From Paracoccus suum (lineage in GTDB: Bacteria > Pseudomonadota > Alphaproteobacteria > Rhodobacterales > Rhodobacteraceae), in contig NZ_CP030918.1 of assembly GCF_003324675.1 (NCBI RefSeq), positions 2,550,001 through 2,582,000 on the forward strand: DNA of 32,000 bases, given 5' to 3'. Numbering within the stretch: the stretch's first letter is position 1; the number at the start of each line of letters is the position of its first letter. Of this stretch, positions 20,686 to 32,000 are shown in pieces. A model generated the notes under the pieces. It made no database searches. It was not told the DNA's origin and saw nothing but the letters and a program-made list of their open reading frames with translations. A program made the translations under genes and the position numbers.

Positions 20686-21558
20686 ATGAGCCGCAAGCAT
20701 CCCGTCATCAGCGTCACCGGCAGCTCAGGCGCGGGCACCTCGACGGTCAAGCACACCTTCGACCAGATCTTTCGGCGGGAGGGCATCAAGGCCGTCAGCA
20801 TCGAGGGCGACGCCTTCCACCGTTACAACCGCGCCGAAATGAAGGCCGAGCTGGAGCGGCGCACCGAGGCTGGCGAGCACAGCTTCAGCCACTTCAGCTT
20901 TGACGCGAACGAGTTGGAAAAGCTGCAGGAGGTGTTCCGCACCTATGGCGAGACCGGCACCGGCCAGACCCGCAACTACGTCCATGATGAAGCGGAGGCC
21001 GAGCGCCTTGGAACGCCGCCGGGCCATTTCACCCCCTGGCGCCCGCTGGAGGAAGGCTCGGACCTGCTGTTCTACGAGGGGCTGCACGGCGCGGTCATCA
21101 ACGGCACGGTCGATCTGCCGGCGCTTTCGGACCTGACCATCGGCGTCGTGCCAGTCATCAATCTGGAATGGATCCAGAAAATCCACCGCGACCGGGCCCA
21201 GCGCGGCTATTCGACCGAGGCGGTCACCGACGTGATCCTGCGCCGGATGCACGCCTATGTGCACTGTATCTGCCCGCAATTCACCGAAACGGACATCAAC
21301 TTCCAGCGGGTGCCTGTCGTCGATACCTCCGACCCGTTCATCGCGCGCTGGATCCCGACCGCAGATGAAAGCTTGGTCGTCATCCGGTTCAAGTCCCCAC
21401 GCGGCATCGATTTTCCCTACCTGACCCAGATGATCAACGGCTCGTGGATGAGCCGGGCGAACAGCATCGTCATCCCCGGCAACAAGCTGGACCTCGCGAT
21501 GCAACTTATCCTGACGCCGCTGATCCTGCGGATGATCGATACGGCAAGAAAGGCGTGA
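20686..21558 (+). CDS. cbbP: Phosphoribulokinase
   Basis: [26 protein letters not shown]-loop, 290 aa. The ATG is 3 nt after the cbbF stop. Confidence 0.95.
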   Translation: MSRKHPVISVTGSSGAGTSTVKHTFDQIFRREGIKAVSIEGDAFHRYNRAEMKAELERRTEAGEHSFSHFSFDANELEKLQEVFRTYGETGTGQTRNYVHDEAEAERLGTPPGHFTPWRPLEEGSDLLFYEGLHGAVINGTVDLPALSDLTIGVVPVINLEWIQKIHRDRAQRGYSTEAVTDVILRRMHAYVHCICPQFTETDINFQRVPVVDTSDPFIARWIPTADESLVVIRFKSPRGIDFPYLTQMINGSWMSRANSIVIPGNKLDLAMQLILTPLILRMIDTARKA

Positions 21559-21562
21559 TCCG

Positions 21563-23569
21563 ATGAATACCCATGTGACGCCGAAAACCTATCGCGTGAC
21601 CATGGCCGAGCGCGCCATGGCCAACGCCATCCGCGCCCTGACAATGGACGCGGTGCAAGCGGCGAACAGCGGCCATCCGGGGATGCCGATGGGGATGGCG
21701 GACGTGGCGACGGTGCTGTTCGACCGCTTCATGCGCATTGACCCGGCCGATCCGCGCTGGCCCGACCGCGACCGCTTAGTGCTGTCGGCCGGCCACGGCT
21801 CGATGCTGCTCTATGCCATCAATCACCTGCTGGGCTACGCCGACATGCCGGTGGAAGAACTGAAGCGTTTCCGGCAACTGGGGGCGCTGACGGCGGGCCA
21901 TCCCGAATACGGCCATGCGGGCGGGATCGAGGTGACCACCGGGCCGCTGGGCCAGGGCATCGCTACCGCGGTCGGCATGGCGCTGGCCGAACGCATGGCC
22001 GAGGCGCGCTGGGGCAGCGAACTGGTCGATCATTGGACCTATGTCATCGCCGGCGACGGCTGCCTGATGGAGGGGATCAGCCACGAGGCGATCGACCTCG
22101 CCGGTCATCTGGGTCTCGGGCGGCTGATCGTGCTGTGGGATGACAACAAGATCACAATCGACGGCGGCACGGAGTTGTCGACCTCGACCGATCAGCGCGC
22201 GCGCTTTGCCGCCGCTGGCTGGCACACCGTCGCCTGCGACGCCCATGAGCCCGAAGAGATCGCCGCCGCGATCGAGGCCGCGCGGGCCGATCCTCGCCCC
22301 TCGCTGATCGCCTGCAACTCGATCATCGGCTGGGGCGCGCCCTCAAAGCAGGGCGGCCACGACGTGCACGGCGCGCCGCTGGGCGCGGACGAGATCGCCG
22401 CCGCGCGCGGCTATCTGGAATGGCCGCACGAGCCCTTTGTCATCGCCCCCGAGATCTATGAGAAATGGCACGCCATCGCCCGGCGGGGGGCAGAGGCCCG
22501 CGCGGCATGGCAGGCGCGGCTCGCGGCCTCGCCCCGTCGCGCGGCGTTCGAGGCAGCCCAGGCGCGCGTCGGCGAGGAGGCGCTGGCTAAGGCCATGGAC
22601 TCCTACAAGGCCCAACTCTCGGCCGACATGCCCAAGTTCGCCACCCGCAAGGCTTCCGAGATGGCGCTGGCCGTGGTCAACACCGCCCTGCCCGAGACGA
22701 TCGGCGGCAGCGCCGATCTGACCGGATCGAACCTGACGCGCACCAAGGGTATGCGCCCCGTCACGCGCGCCGACTATGGCGGACGCTACATCCACTTTGG
22801 CATCCGCGAACATGGCATGGCGGCGGCCATGAACGGTATCGCCCTGCACGGCGGCTTTCGCCCCTACGGCGGCACCTTCCTGGCCTTTGCCGACTATTTG
22901 CGGCCGGCCATCCGGCTGTCGGCGCTGATGGGCGTGCCGGTCACCTATGTCATGACCCATGATTCCATCGGCCTCGGCGAGGACGGCCCGACCCATCAGC
23001 CGGTCGAGCATCTGGCCAGCCTGCGCGCCATTCCCAACCTGACCGTGATCCGCCCGGCGGATGCGGTCGAGACCGCCGAGGCATGGCAGATCGCCATGAC
23101 CGCAACGGCGACACCGACCCTGCTGGTGCTGTCGCGACAGAACCTCCCGACGGTGCGTGACACGCATGAGCAGGCGAACCTGACGGCGCGGGGGGCCTAT
23201 CCTCTGCGCGGCCCAGCGCGCCGTCAGGTGACCCTGATCGCCACCGGTTCGGAGGTCGAGATCGCGCTCGCCGCCGCCGACCTGCTGGAGGCCGGGGGAA
23301 TCCGCGCCGCGGTCGTCAGCGCCCCCAGCTTCGAGTTGTTCGCGGCCCAGCCCGAGGCCTACCGCGCCGAGGTGCTGGGCGAGGCGCCGCGCGTCGGCGT
23401 CGAGGCCGCGATCCGGCAGGGCTGGGACGGTCCCATCCTGCGCACCGGAGACGGTTTTGTCGGCATGACCGGATTCGGCGCCTCGGCCCCTGCCCCGGAC
23501 CTCTACCGCCATTTCGGTATCACCGCCGAGGCAGTCGCCGACATCGCCCGCAAACTGATCAAGGAGTAA
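21563..23569 (+). CDS. cbbT: Transketolase
   Basis: 668 aa with [14 protein letters not shown] and [13 protein letters not shown] ThDP-binding motifs. Confidence 0.95.
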   Translation: MNTHVTPKTYRVTMAERAMANAIRALTMDAVQAANSGHPGMPMGMADVATVLFDRFMRIDPADPRWPDRDRLVLSAGHGSMLLYAINHLLGYADMPVEELKRFRQLGALTAGHPEYGHAGGIEVTTGPLGQGIATAVGMALAERMAEARWGSELVDHWTYVIAGDGCLMEGISHEAIDLAGHLGLGRLIVLWDDNKITIDGGTELSTSTDQRARFAAAGWHTVACDAHEPEEIAAAIEAARADPRPSLIACNSIIGWGAPSKQGGHDVHGAPLGADEIAAARGYLEWPHEPFVIAPEIYEKWHAIARRGAEARAAWQARLAASPRRAAFEAAQARVGEEALAKAMDSYKAQLSADMPKFATRKASEMALAVVNTALPETIGGSADLTGSNLTRTKGMRPVTRADYGGRYIHFGIREHGMAAAMNGIALHGGFRPYGGTFLAFADYLRPAIRLSALMGVPVTYVMTHDSIGLGEDGPTHQPVEHLASLRAIPNLTVIRPADAVETAEAWQIAMTATATPTLLVLSRQNLPTVRDTHEQANLTARGAYPLRGPARRQVTLIATGSEVEIALAAADLLEAGGIRAAVVSAPSFELFAAQPEAYRAEVLGEAPRVGVEAAIRQGWDGPILRTGDGFVGMTGFGASAPAPDLYRHFGITAEAVADIARKLIKE

Positions 23570-23574
23570 GCCCC

Positions 23575-26146
<2,572 letters not shown>

Positions 26147-26157
26147 GGGAGGACAAG

Positions 26158-26547
26158 ATGCGTATCACCCAAGGCTGCTTCAGCTTTCTGCCCGACCTGA
26201 CCGACGAGGAAATCAGCGCCCAGGTCGAATACTGCCTGTCCAAAGGCTGGTCCGTGGGGGTCGAGTTCACCGACGAGCCGCACCCCCGCAACACCTTCTG
26301 GGAGATGTGGGGTCATCCCATGTTCGACCTGAAGGACCCCAAGGGCGTGATGATAGAACTGGATGCGTGCCGCAAAGCGCATCCGGACGACTATATCCGG
26401 CTGAATGCCTTCGACAGCACCCGCGGCTTCGAGTCGGTGGTGATGAGCTTTATCGTCCACCGCCCCCAGGTCGAGCCGACCATTCGCATGGTCCGCACCG
26501 AGGTCGACGGCCGCTCGATCCGCTACACCCATGAGGTCGTGCGCTGA
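26158..26547 (+). CDS. cbbS: RuBisCO small subunit
   Basis: [19 protein letters not shown]...WEMWGHPMF, 129 aa. GGGAGG lies upstream. The first 39 codons of the track ORF overlap the cbbL 3' end. Confidence 0.95.
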   Translation: MRITQGCFSFLPDLTDEEISAQVEYCLSKGWSVGVEFTDEPHPRNTFWEMWGHPMFDLKDPKGVMIELDACRKAHPDDYIRLNAFDSTRGFESVVMSFIVHRPQVEPTIRMVRTEVDGRSIRYTHEVVR

Positions 26548-26554
26548 CCCCTGT

Positions 26555-26580
26555 GGCCGGGGGAACCCCCACCCCCGGCC
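26555..26580 (+). promoter_or_regulatory. Intercistronic stem-loop between cbbS and cbbX
   Basis: GGCCGGGGG-aaccccca-CCCCCGGCC forms a 9-bp perfect stem 8 nt after the cbbS stop, with no U-tract. It sits in the only long (71-nt) gap of the operon. Confidence 0.5.
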
Positions 26581-26618
26581 GCCCAAGACCTGCCCGGCCA
26601 CGAAGAAGGAGCGCCGTG

Positions 26619-27545
26619 ATGGACGATGTCGCCAGCGAGCCGAAACCCACCGCCATCGACCTGCGGGCCGAATTCGAAACCTCGGGCGTGCGCGAGGTGC
26701 TGGAGGAACTGGACGCCGAGCTGATCGGCCTCGAGCCGGTCAAGCAGCGCATCCGCGAGACGGCGGCCCTGCTGCTTGTCGACCGCGCGCGCAAGGCGCT
26801 GGGGCTCGCCCATGACACGCCGACGCTGCACATGTCCTTCACCGGCAATCCCGGCACCGGCAAGACCACCGTCGCGCAAAAGATGGCCGGGCTGCTGCAT
26901 CGCCTCGGCTATGTGCGCAGGGGTCACCTGGTCAGCGTCACCCGCGACGATCTGGTCGGCCAGTACATCGGCCACACCGCGCCCAAGACCAAGGAGGTGA
27001 TGAAGCGCGCCATGGGGGGCGTTTTGTTCATCGACGAGGCCTATTACCTCTATCGCCCCGACAACGAGCGCGATTACGGCCAGGAAGCGATCGAGATCCT
27101 GCTGCAGGTGATGGAAAACAACCGCGACGATCTGGTGGTCATCATGGCGGGATATGCCGACCGGATGGACCGGTTCTTTTCCGCCAATCCCGGTTTTCGC
27201 TCGCGGATCGCCCATCACATCGACTTTCCCGACTACAGCGACGGCGAGTTGGGCGAGATTTCCGAAAAGATGCTGGAATCGCAGGGTTATGTCTTTGACG
27301 CCGCCGCCCGCCGCGCAATGGACGAATATGTCGCCCTGCGCCGCCAGCAGCCGCATTTCGCCAATGCCCGCTCGATACGCAACGCGCTTGACCGGGCGCG
27401 GCTGCGCCAGGCGAACCGATTGTTCGAAGGGCGCGCCCCGGTTGACGCCGCCGCCCTGTCGACCATAACCGAGGCCGATCTGCGGGCCAGCCGGGTATTC
27501 TCGGGCGGGCTCGACCCGGATGGCAACCGCGCGAGGGACCAATGA
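26619..27545 (+). CDS. cbbX: Red-type RuBisCO activase (AAA+)
   Basis: Walker [10 protein letters not shown] and Walker B VLFIDEAY. 308 aa from the ATG 7 nt after GAAGGAG. The upstream 22 codons in the track are P/R-rich. Confidence 0.93.
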   Translation: MDDVASEPKPTAIDLRAEFETSGVREVLEELDAELIGLEPVKQRIRETAALLLVDRARKALGLAHDTPTLHMSFTGNPGTGKTTVAQKMAGLLHRLGYVRRGHLVSVTRDDLVGQYIGHTAPKTKEVMKRAMGGVLFIDEAYYLYRPDNERDYGQEAIEILLQVMENNRDDLVVIMAGYADRMDRFFSANPGFRSRIAHHIDFPDYSDGELGEISEKMLESQGYVFDAAARRAMDEYVALRRQQPHFANARSIRNALDRARLRQANRLFEGRAPVDAAALSTITEADLRASRVFSGGLDPDGNRARDQ

Positions 27546-28240
27546 GCTTTGACCGTTCCATCAAGATCGCCCCGTCGATCCTCAGCGCAGACTTCGCCGA
27601 CTTCGGGGCCGAGATCCGCGCGGTCGAGGCGCAGGGCGCCGACTGGGTGCATGTCGACGTCATGGACGGACACTTCGTGCCCAACATCACGTTTGGCCCG
27701 CCCGCGGTCGCCGCGTTTCGCAAGCATGTCGGCACCGTCATGGACGTGCATCTGATGATCGCGCCCGTCGATCCCTATATCGACGCCTTCGCCAAGGCGG
27801 GCGCCGACATCATCACCGCCCATGTCGAGGCTGGCCCGCACATCCACCGCACCTTGCAGGCGATCCGCGCCGCGGGCTGCAAGGCCGGCGTCGCGCTGAA
27901 CCCCGGCACCCCGGCCGAGTCGGTGGCCGAGGTGCTGGACATCGCCGATCTGGTTTGCGTGATGACGGTGAACCCCGGCTTCGGCGGGCAGAAGTTCATC
28001 GACATGACCGGCAAGGTCCGCCGCCTGCGCGAGATGATCGGCGACCGGCCTGTCCATATCGAAATCGACGGCGGCGTCGATCCGACGACTGCCCCGCTGC
28101 TCGCCAAGGCCGGCGCTGACGTGCTGGTCGCCGGCAGCGCGGTGTTCCGCGGCGGCTCGGTCAGCAACAGCGCACCCTATGGCGACAACATCCGTGCCAT
28201 CCGCCGCGCGGCCGAGGAGGCGGTGGGACTTTATGCCTGA
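27542..28240 (+). CDS. cbbE: Ribulose-phosphate 3-epimerase
   Basis: [12 protein letters not shown]...[20 protein letters not shown] overlap with cbbX. Confidence 0.95.
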   Translation: MSFDRSIKIAPSILSADFADFGAEIRAVEAQGADWVHVDVMDGHFVPNITFGPPAVAAFRKHVGTVMDVHLMIAPVDPYIDAFAKAGADIITAHVEAGPHIHRTLQAIRAAGCKAGVALNPGTPAESVAEVLDIADLVCVMTVNPGFGGQKFIDMTGKVRRLREMIGDRPVHIEIDGGVDPTTAPLLAKAGADVLVAGSAVFRGGSVSNSAPYGDNIRAIRRAAEEAVGLYA

Positions 28241-28919
28241 GGCCCTTATCTTTGATGTCGACGGCACCCTTGCCGAGACCGAGGAAACCCACCGCGCCGC
28301 CTTCAACGAGGCTTTTGCGGCGGCCGGCCTCGACTGGCATTGGGACGTTGCCCGGTACCAGTCGCTGCTCGAGACGGCGGGCGGCAAGGAGCGTATCGCC
28401 CGCTATGTCGCCGAGGAGGGGCTGCCCGCCCCGGACATCGCTGCCCTGCACCGCGACAAGACCCACCGCTACGCGATGATGATCGCCGCGGGCCACATCG
28501 CGCCGCGGCCCGGCATCACCCGCCTCGTGGCCGAGGCGCGGCGCGCCGGCTGGCGTCTGGGCATTGCCACGACGACGAGTCGCCCCAATATCGACGCGCT
28601 TTCCCTGGCGCTGTTCCAGCGGCCGGCCGACGAAGTCTTCGATGCCATCGCCGCCGGTGACGAGGTGCCCGCGAAAAAGCCCGCGCCCGATGTTTATCAA
28701 CTGGCGCTGCAGCGCCTCGGGGTGGCAACGCAGGATGCCGCGGCGGTCGAGGATTCCTTCGCCGGCCTTTGTGCCGCTCGCGCCGCGGGCCTCGCCTGCG
28801 TGGTCGCGCCGGGCCGCTATACCACGTATCAGGACCTGTCCGGGGCTGACCTGTTGCTGGAGGATCTGGGCGATCTGCGCATTGCCGACATCGCCACGCT
28901 GATCCGGGTGCAGGCATGA
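28233..28919 (+). CDS. cbbY: CbbY-type HAD phosphatase (xylulose-1,5-bisphosphate phosphatase family)
   Basis: [18 protein letters not shown]...GGKERIA...AAGD...KKPAPDVY closely resembles Rhodobacter CbbY as I recall it. The start overlaps the cbbE end by 8 nt. Confidence 0.85.
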   Translation: MPEALIFDVDGTLAETEETHRAAFNEAFAAAGLDWHWDVARYQSLLETAGGKERIARYVAEEGLPAPDIAALHRDKTHRYAMMIAAGHIAPRPGITRLVAEARRAGWRLGIATTTSRPNIDALSLALFQRPADEVFDAIAAGDEVPAKKPAPDVYQLALQRLGVATQDAAAVEDSFAGLCAARAAGLACVVAPGRYTTYQDLSGADLLLEDLGDLRIADIATLIRVQA

Positions 28920-29560
28920 GCGTCATCTTTGACCTCGATGGCACGCTGGTCGACAGCGCGCCCGACATGCACGCCGCGATGAACCGCGTCCTCGCGGCGC
29001 AGGGCCATGCACAGATGCCGCTCGAACAGGTGCGCGGCTTTATCGGGAACGGTGTTCCGACGCTGGTGCGCCGCACCATCGCCTCGGCGGGTGCGGCCGA
29101 GGATTGCTATGACCGCTGGCACGACGACTACATGGCGGCCTATGCCGAGGGGATCTGCGAGACGACCGTCACCTATGACGGCATGATCGCCGCGCTCGAC
29201 GATCTGTCTGCTGCCGGCCATCGCCTCGGGGTCTGCACCAACAAACCCCAGGCGTTGTCCGACGCGTTGCTGGCCGCGCTTGGTCTGGCAGGCCGGTTCG
29301 ACGCCGTTCTGGGCGGCGATACCACTTTCGGCCGCAAGCCCGACCCGCAAGGACTGATCGAGGTCGCGCGGCGGCTGGGCGGCGGCCCGATGATCATGGT
29401 CGGCGACAGCCCGGCCGACGCGGGTGCCGCGCGGTCGGCCGGGATGCCGATCCTGCTTTATACCGGCGGCTACCGCGACCTGAGCGTCGAGGCGATTGCC
29501 CCGGACGCGGCCTTCGACCACTGGTCGGAACTGCCCGCCCTGATCGCTGCCCGGCTTTAA
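28916..29560 (+). CDS. cbbZ: Phosphoglycolate phosphatase
   Basis: [18 protein letters not shown]..., a HAD Gph-type protein of 214 aa. ATGA overlap with cbbY. Confidence 0.88.
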   Translation: MSVIFDLDGTLVDSAPDMHAAMNRVLAAQGHAQMPLEQVRGFIGNGVPTLVRRTIASAGAAEDCYDRWHDDYMAAYAEGICETTVTYDGMIAALDDLSAAGHRLGVCTNKPQALSDALLAALGLAGRFDAVLGGDTTFGRKPDPQGLIEVARRLGGGPMIMVGDSPADAGAARSAGMPILLYTGGYRDLSVEAIAPDAAFDHWSELPALIAARL

Positions 29561-29907
29561 TCCGGGGCGCGCAGGACCGGGGTAAAGCACAGCACTTCGG
29601 CCTCGGCCGCCGCGCTTTGCAGGTCGCGCGCGAAAGCATTGTTGAACTCGGCCGAGCGGAAAACCTCGGCGCGCTCGCCACTGGTCTGACGCATGGCGAG
29701 GACGGTCTCGGCCGCCACATATCGCTTGTAGGGCAGCACCGAGGCGATGTGGTCGATCGCGCAGGAACATTCCGACAGCGCCTGCCGGGTCTGCCCGTTG
29801 GCGGCCATGCAGGTAAAGACATAGTCCGCCCGCGCCTCGGTCGGGTAATCGTTCAGCGCAGCCGCGGGGTCCGCGCCGAGCGCTGTCATCAGGGCGAGCG
29901 CGATCAT
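29557..29907 (-). CDS. Small Cys-containing hypothetical protein, probably exported (116 aa)
   Basis: Hydrophobic N-terminus MIALALMTALGADPAAA and four Cys residues. ATGA overlap with the upstream gene. Its stop shares TTAA with the cbbZ stop. Confidence 0.55.
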   Translation of the reverse strand: MIALALMTALGADPAAALNDYPTEARADYVFTCMAANGQTRQALSECSCAIDHIASVLPYKRYVAAETVLAMRQTSGERAEVFRSAEFNNAFARDLQSAAAEAEVLCFTPVLRAPD

Positions 29908-30647
29908 GGCGCCACCCGGGTCAAACGCAGGGCGTAGCCCGGGGCCGTTGCGGCAAGGGCGGCGATGGGCAGGGAGGGATCGGGCGCGAGGTCGATGGTC
30001 AGGCTGAGCGCGTCAAAGCCGCGCATCCTCGCCGCGTTGGGATCGCCTGCGAGCGGCCGAAGCGTGACACGCTGCGCGCTCCCTTGCGTGGCCGAGCCTT
30101 CCGGCGCGCTACCGGTGGCGCTTGAGTCGCCCTTTGTGCCACCATCCGCCGGCGCAGCGCCGGTTGCACCGCTCGCCTCAGTCGCACCAACCGCTGGCGC
30201 GGCGCCCACTTCGCCACCCTTACGCATCGCGTCCTTGAACCGGTTGCGGATGTAATCCGGATTGCCGCCGGCCAGTGCCGAAACATTCCGAGTCGCGGAT
30301 TCCAGGAAATAGACCAGCACCGGGTCCATGCCATTGGCCGGGTAGCGCCCGACGACTCGCTCGGTCCCGCTCGCGGTCTCGCGCATCTCCAGCATCGGAT
30401 CGCCGCCGTCCGGATCGGTCACCGGAACGACCGAAAGCAGCCCGTCCGCCAGCGGCGCAAAGCCTGCGGCCGCCTTGCCCTCGCGCACCAGCCGCCAGGC
30501 CAGCGGGGCCTTTGCCGCTGCCCCGGCGAGGTCGCGGTCCGCAAAGATCAGCCGGTCGCTCTGCGACGCCTTGTCGGGCAGGCTGGCCCCGCCGGTTGCC
30601 AGCACGGCCGCCGCCATCGCGGCTGCCATCACGGCCTTGCGCATCAT
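29904..30647 (-). CDS. Secreted hypothetical protein with an internal G/A/S/T-rich linker (247 aa)
   Basis: MMRKAVMAAAMAAAVLATGGA is a signal-like N-terminus, 5 nt after GGGGGAGG. The alternative upstream ATG at 30710 also follows a G-rich SD-like run. No family recognised. Confidence 0.55.
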   Translation of the reverse strand: MMRKAVMAAAMAAAVLATGGASLPDKASQSDRLIFADRDLAGAAAKAPLAWRLVREGKAAAGFAPLADGLLSVVPVTDPDGGDPMLEMRETASGTERVVGRYPANGMDPVLVYFLESATRNVSALAGGNPDYIRNRFKDAMRKGGEVGAAPAVGATEASGATGAAPADGGTKGDSSATGSAPEGSATQGSAQRVTLRPLAGDPNAARMRGFDALSLTIDLAPDPSLPIAALAATAPGYALRLTRVAP

Positions 30648-30743
30648 GAACGCCTCCCCCCTGACTTGTACCTCCAGCCTGCCACGCCGGGACGGCTCCG
30701 GGAAGGGCATCCCCCCTCCCCCCTTGGTCGCAGACGCGCGGGA

Positions 30744-32000
30744 TCAGCGTTGGGCCATGATCGCGCCGGCGATGGCGTGGCGCAGCGCCTCTGCCGTCAC
30801 CGGCTTCAGCAGCAGCGGCACGTCGAGGCGACCGCAGGCGCGCGCTACCTCGGCTGAATCATGGGCCGTGACCATCAGCGCCGGGACGGGCCCCAGCCGC
30901 TCGCGTAGCGCGGCGATGGCAAAAAGGCCGGTGTCGCCGTGATCGAGCTGGTAATCGGCAATCACGATATCGGGCCGCAGGCCGGGGTTGGCGTCCAGCA
31001 CCGCCTCGGCCTCGGCGCTTGAGGCCGCGACATGAACCGTCATGCCCGCCCGGTCACGCAGCTGGATCGCATAGGCGCGCTGCAGGCTGGGGTCATTCTC
31101 GATCAGGATCGCGCTGAGGCCGGTCAGGACAGGCGTTTGCGCACTCGGCTGTGGCGCCGTCGCCCAACCGCCTACCGGCGGCGGATCGGCGGCGTTCTGC
31201 ACCAGCGGCAGGCCGACGCGGAACAGCGTGCCTCGTCCGGGCAGGCTGTCCAGATGGATGGGATGGCCCAGCTTCGCGCAAGCTCGCCGCACGATGGCAA
31301 GGCCGAGGCCCATGCCCGGCGCCGCCCCCTCGCCCGGGCCGCGCTGGAACTCGTCAAAGATCCGCGCCCGGTCGTCAGCCGCGATGCCGATGCCGCTGTC
31401 ACGCACCTCCAGCCAGACCCGCGCCCCACGCCGCCGTGCGCCAACCAGAACGCCGCCCTCGGGCGTATACTTGATTGCGTTCGACACGAGGTTCTGGGTG
31501 ATGCGCCGCAGATAGGCCGGGTCGCTGTCGACCACGGCCCGGGTCGGGGCGAATACCAGCCGCAAGCCGCGCGCTTCGGCTTGGGGCGCGTATTCGCGCG
31601 CCAGCCGGGTGAACAGATCGCCCAGCGCGACCGGCTGGCGGCTGAACTCGATCCGCTGGGAATCGAGGCGGCTGATCTCCAGCACCGCCTGCATAAGTTC
31701 CTCGACCGACTGCACAGCGCTGCCGAGTTGCTCGACCAGTTCGGCCTGTGCGGGTTGCAGCGATGAGTCGCGGATAGCACCCAGAAACAGCCGCGCGGCG
31801 GCAATCGGTTGCAGCAAATCGTGCCCTGCGGCGCGCAGGAACCGGGTTTTGGACCGGTTCGCCTCCTCGGCCGCCTCGCGAGCAAGCGCCAGTTCGCGGT
31901 TGCGGTTCGACAGATCGAGCAGCGCGCGTTCCAGATCGCGGGTCCGGGCGTTGACCTCCTGCTCCAGTGCCACGGCGGCCTGGAACATCGACCAGCCCGT
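30744..32000 (-). CDS. Hybrid sensor histidine kinase/response regulator (N-terminus outside window)
   Basis: H-box FLRAAGHDLLQP, N/G boxes LVSNAIKYTPEGG, VRDSGIGI and GMGLGLAIV, and a C-terminal receiver (IVIADYQLDHG...LLKP). The frame stays open to the window edge. Confidence 0.9.
   Translation of the reverse strand, partial: TGWSMFQAAVALEQEVNARTRDLERALLDLSNRNRELALAREAAEEANRSKTRFLRAAGHDLLQPIAAARLFLGAIRDSSLQPAQAELVEQLGSAVQSVEELMQAVLEISRLDSQRIEFSRQPVALGDLFTRLAREYAPQAEARGLRLVFAPTRAVVDSDPAYLRRITQNLVSNAIKYTPEGGVLVGARRRGARVWLEVRDSGIGIAADDRARIFDEFQRGPGEGAAPGMGLGLAIVRRACAKLGHPIHLDSLPGRGTLFRVGLPLVQNAADPPPVGGWATAPQPSAQTPVLTGLSAILIENDPSLQRAYAIQLRDRAGMTVHVAASSAEAEAVLDANPGLRPDIVIADYQLDHGDTGLFAIAALRERLGPVPALMVTAHDSAEVARACGRLDVPLLLKPVTAEALRHAIAGAIMAQR

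Noticed and set aside
30650-30710. Twin-arginine (Tat) signal in the long form of the secreted protein (SRRGRLEV)
   Set aside because: The RR is separated from the hydrophobic core by about 13 mostly charged residues. It is not followed by the usual F-L-K-type context, so this is more likely untranslated leader.

Overview
GC-rich (roughly two-thirds G+C by eye) chromosomal segment that looks alphaproteobacterial, Rhodobacterales/Paracoccus-like by gene content and protein sequence. It is densely packed with recognisable core-metabolism genes. Left to right: a 5'-truncated SulP anion transporter; a minus-strand run of DUF3422-like membrane protein, an unannotated 30-codon lipoprotein-like ORF and an ArsC/Spx-family protein; pntAB transhydrogenase; a tight glcB (malate synthase G), ICMT-like methyltransferase and D-lyxose-isomerase-like cupin array; a Thr/Ser-rich tandem-repeat membrane protein; pepN; a PlsC-like acyltransferase coupled to DUF1330; bfd-bfr next to the only AT-rich island in the window; a small lipoprotein; obg-proB. 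The largest block is a complete red-type (form IC) Calvin-cycle regulon: cbbR divergent from cbbF-P-T-A-L-S-X-E-Y-Z (19.6-29.6 kb). The right end holds two uncharacterised secreted proteins downstream of a hybrid histidine kinase that runs off the window. I see no rRNA, tRNA, CRISPR array, transposase, integrase or recognisable defence genes. I also find no convincing multi-gene novel system, so this reads as an ordinary core region. The best leads are modest: the mucin-like repeat protein, the tiny lipoprotein ORF coupled to the ArsC-like gene, the DUF3422 protein with CorA-like topology, and the kinase plus secreted-protein pair abutting the cbb operon. Many long ORFs in the track are antisense or alternative-frame artefacts of high GC3. 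Several track ORFs also over-extend true starts, and I re-set those using SD motifs and family N-termini.
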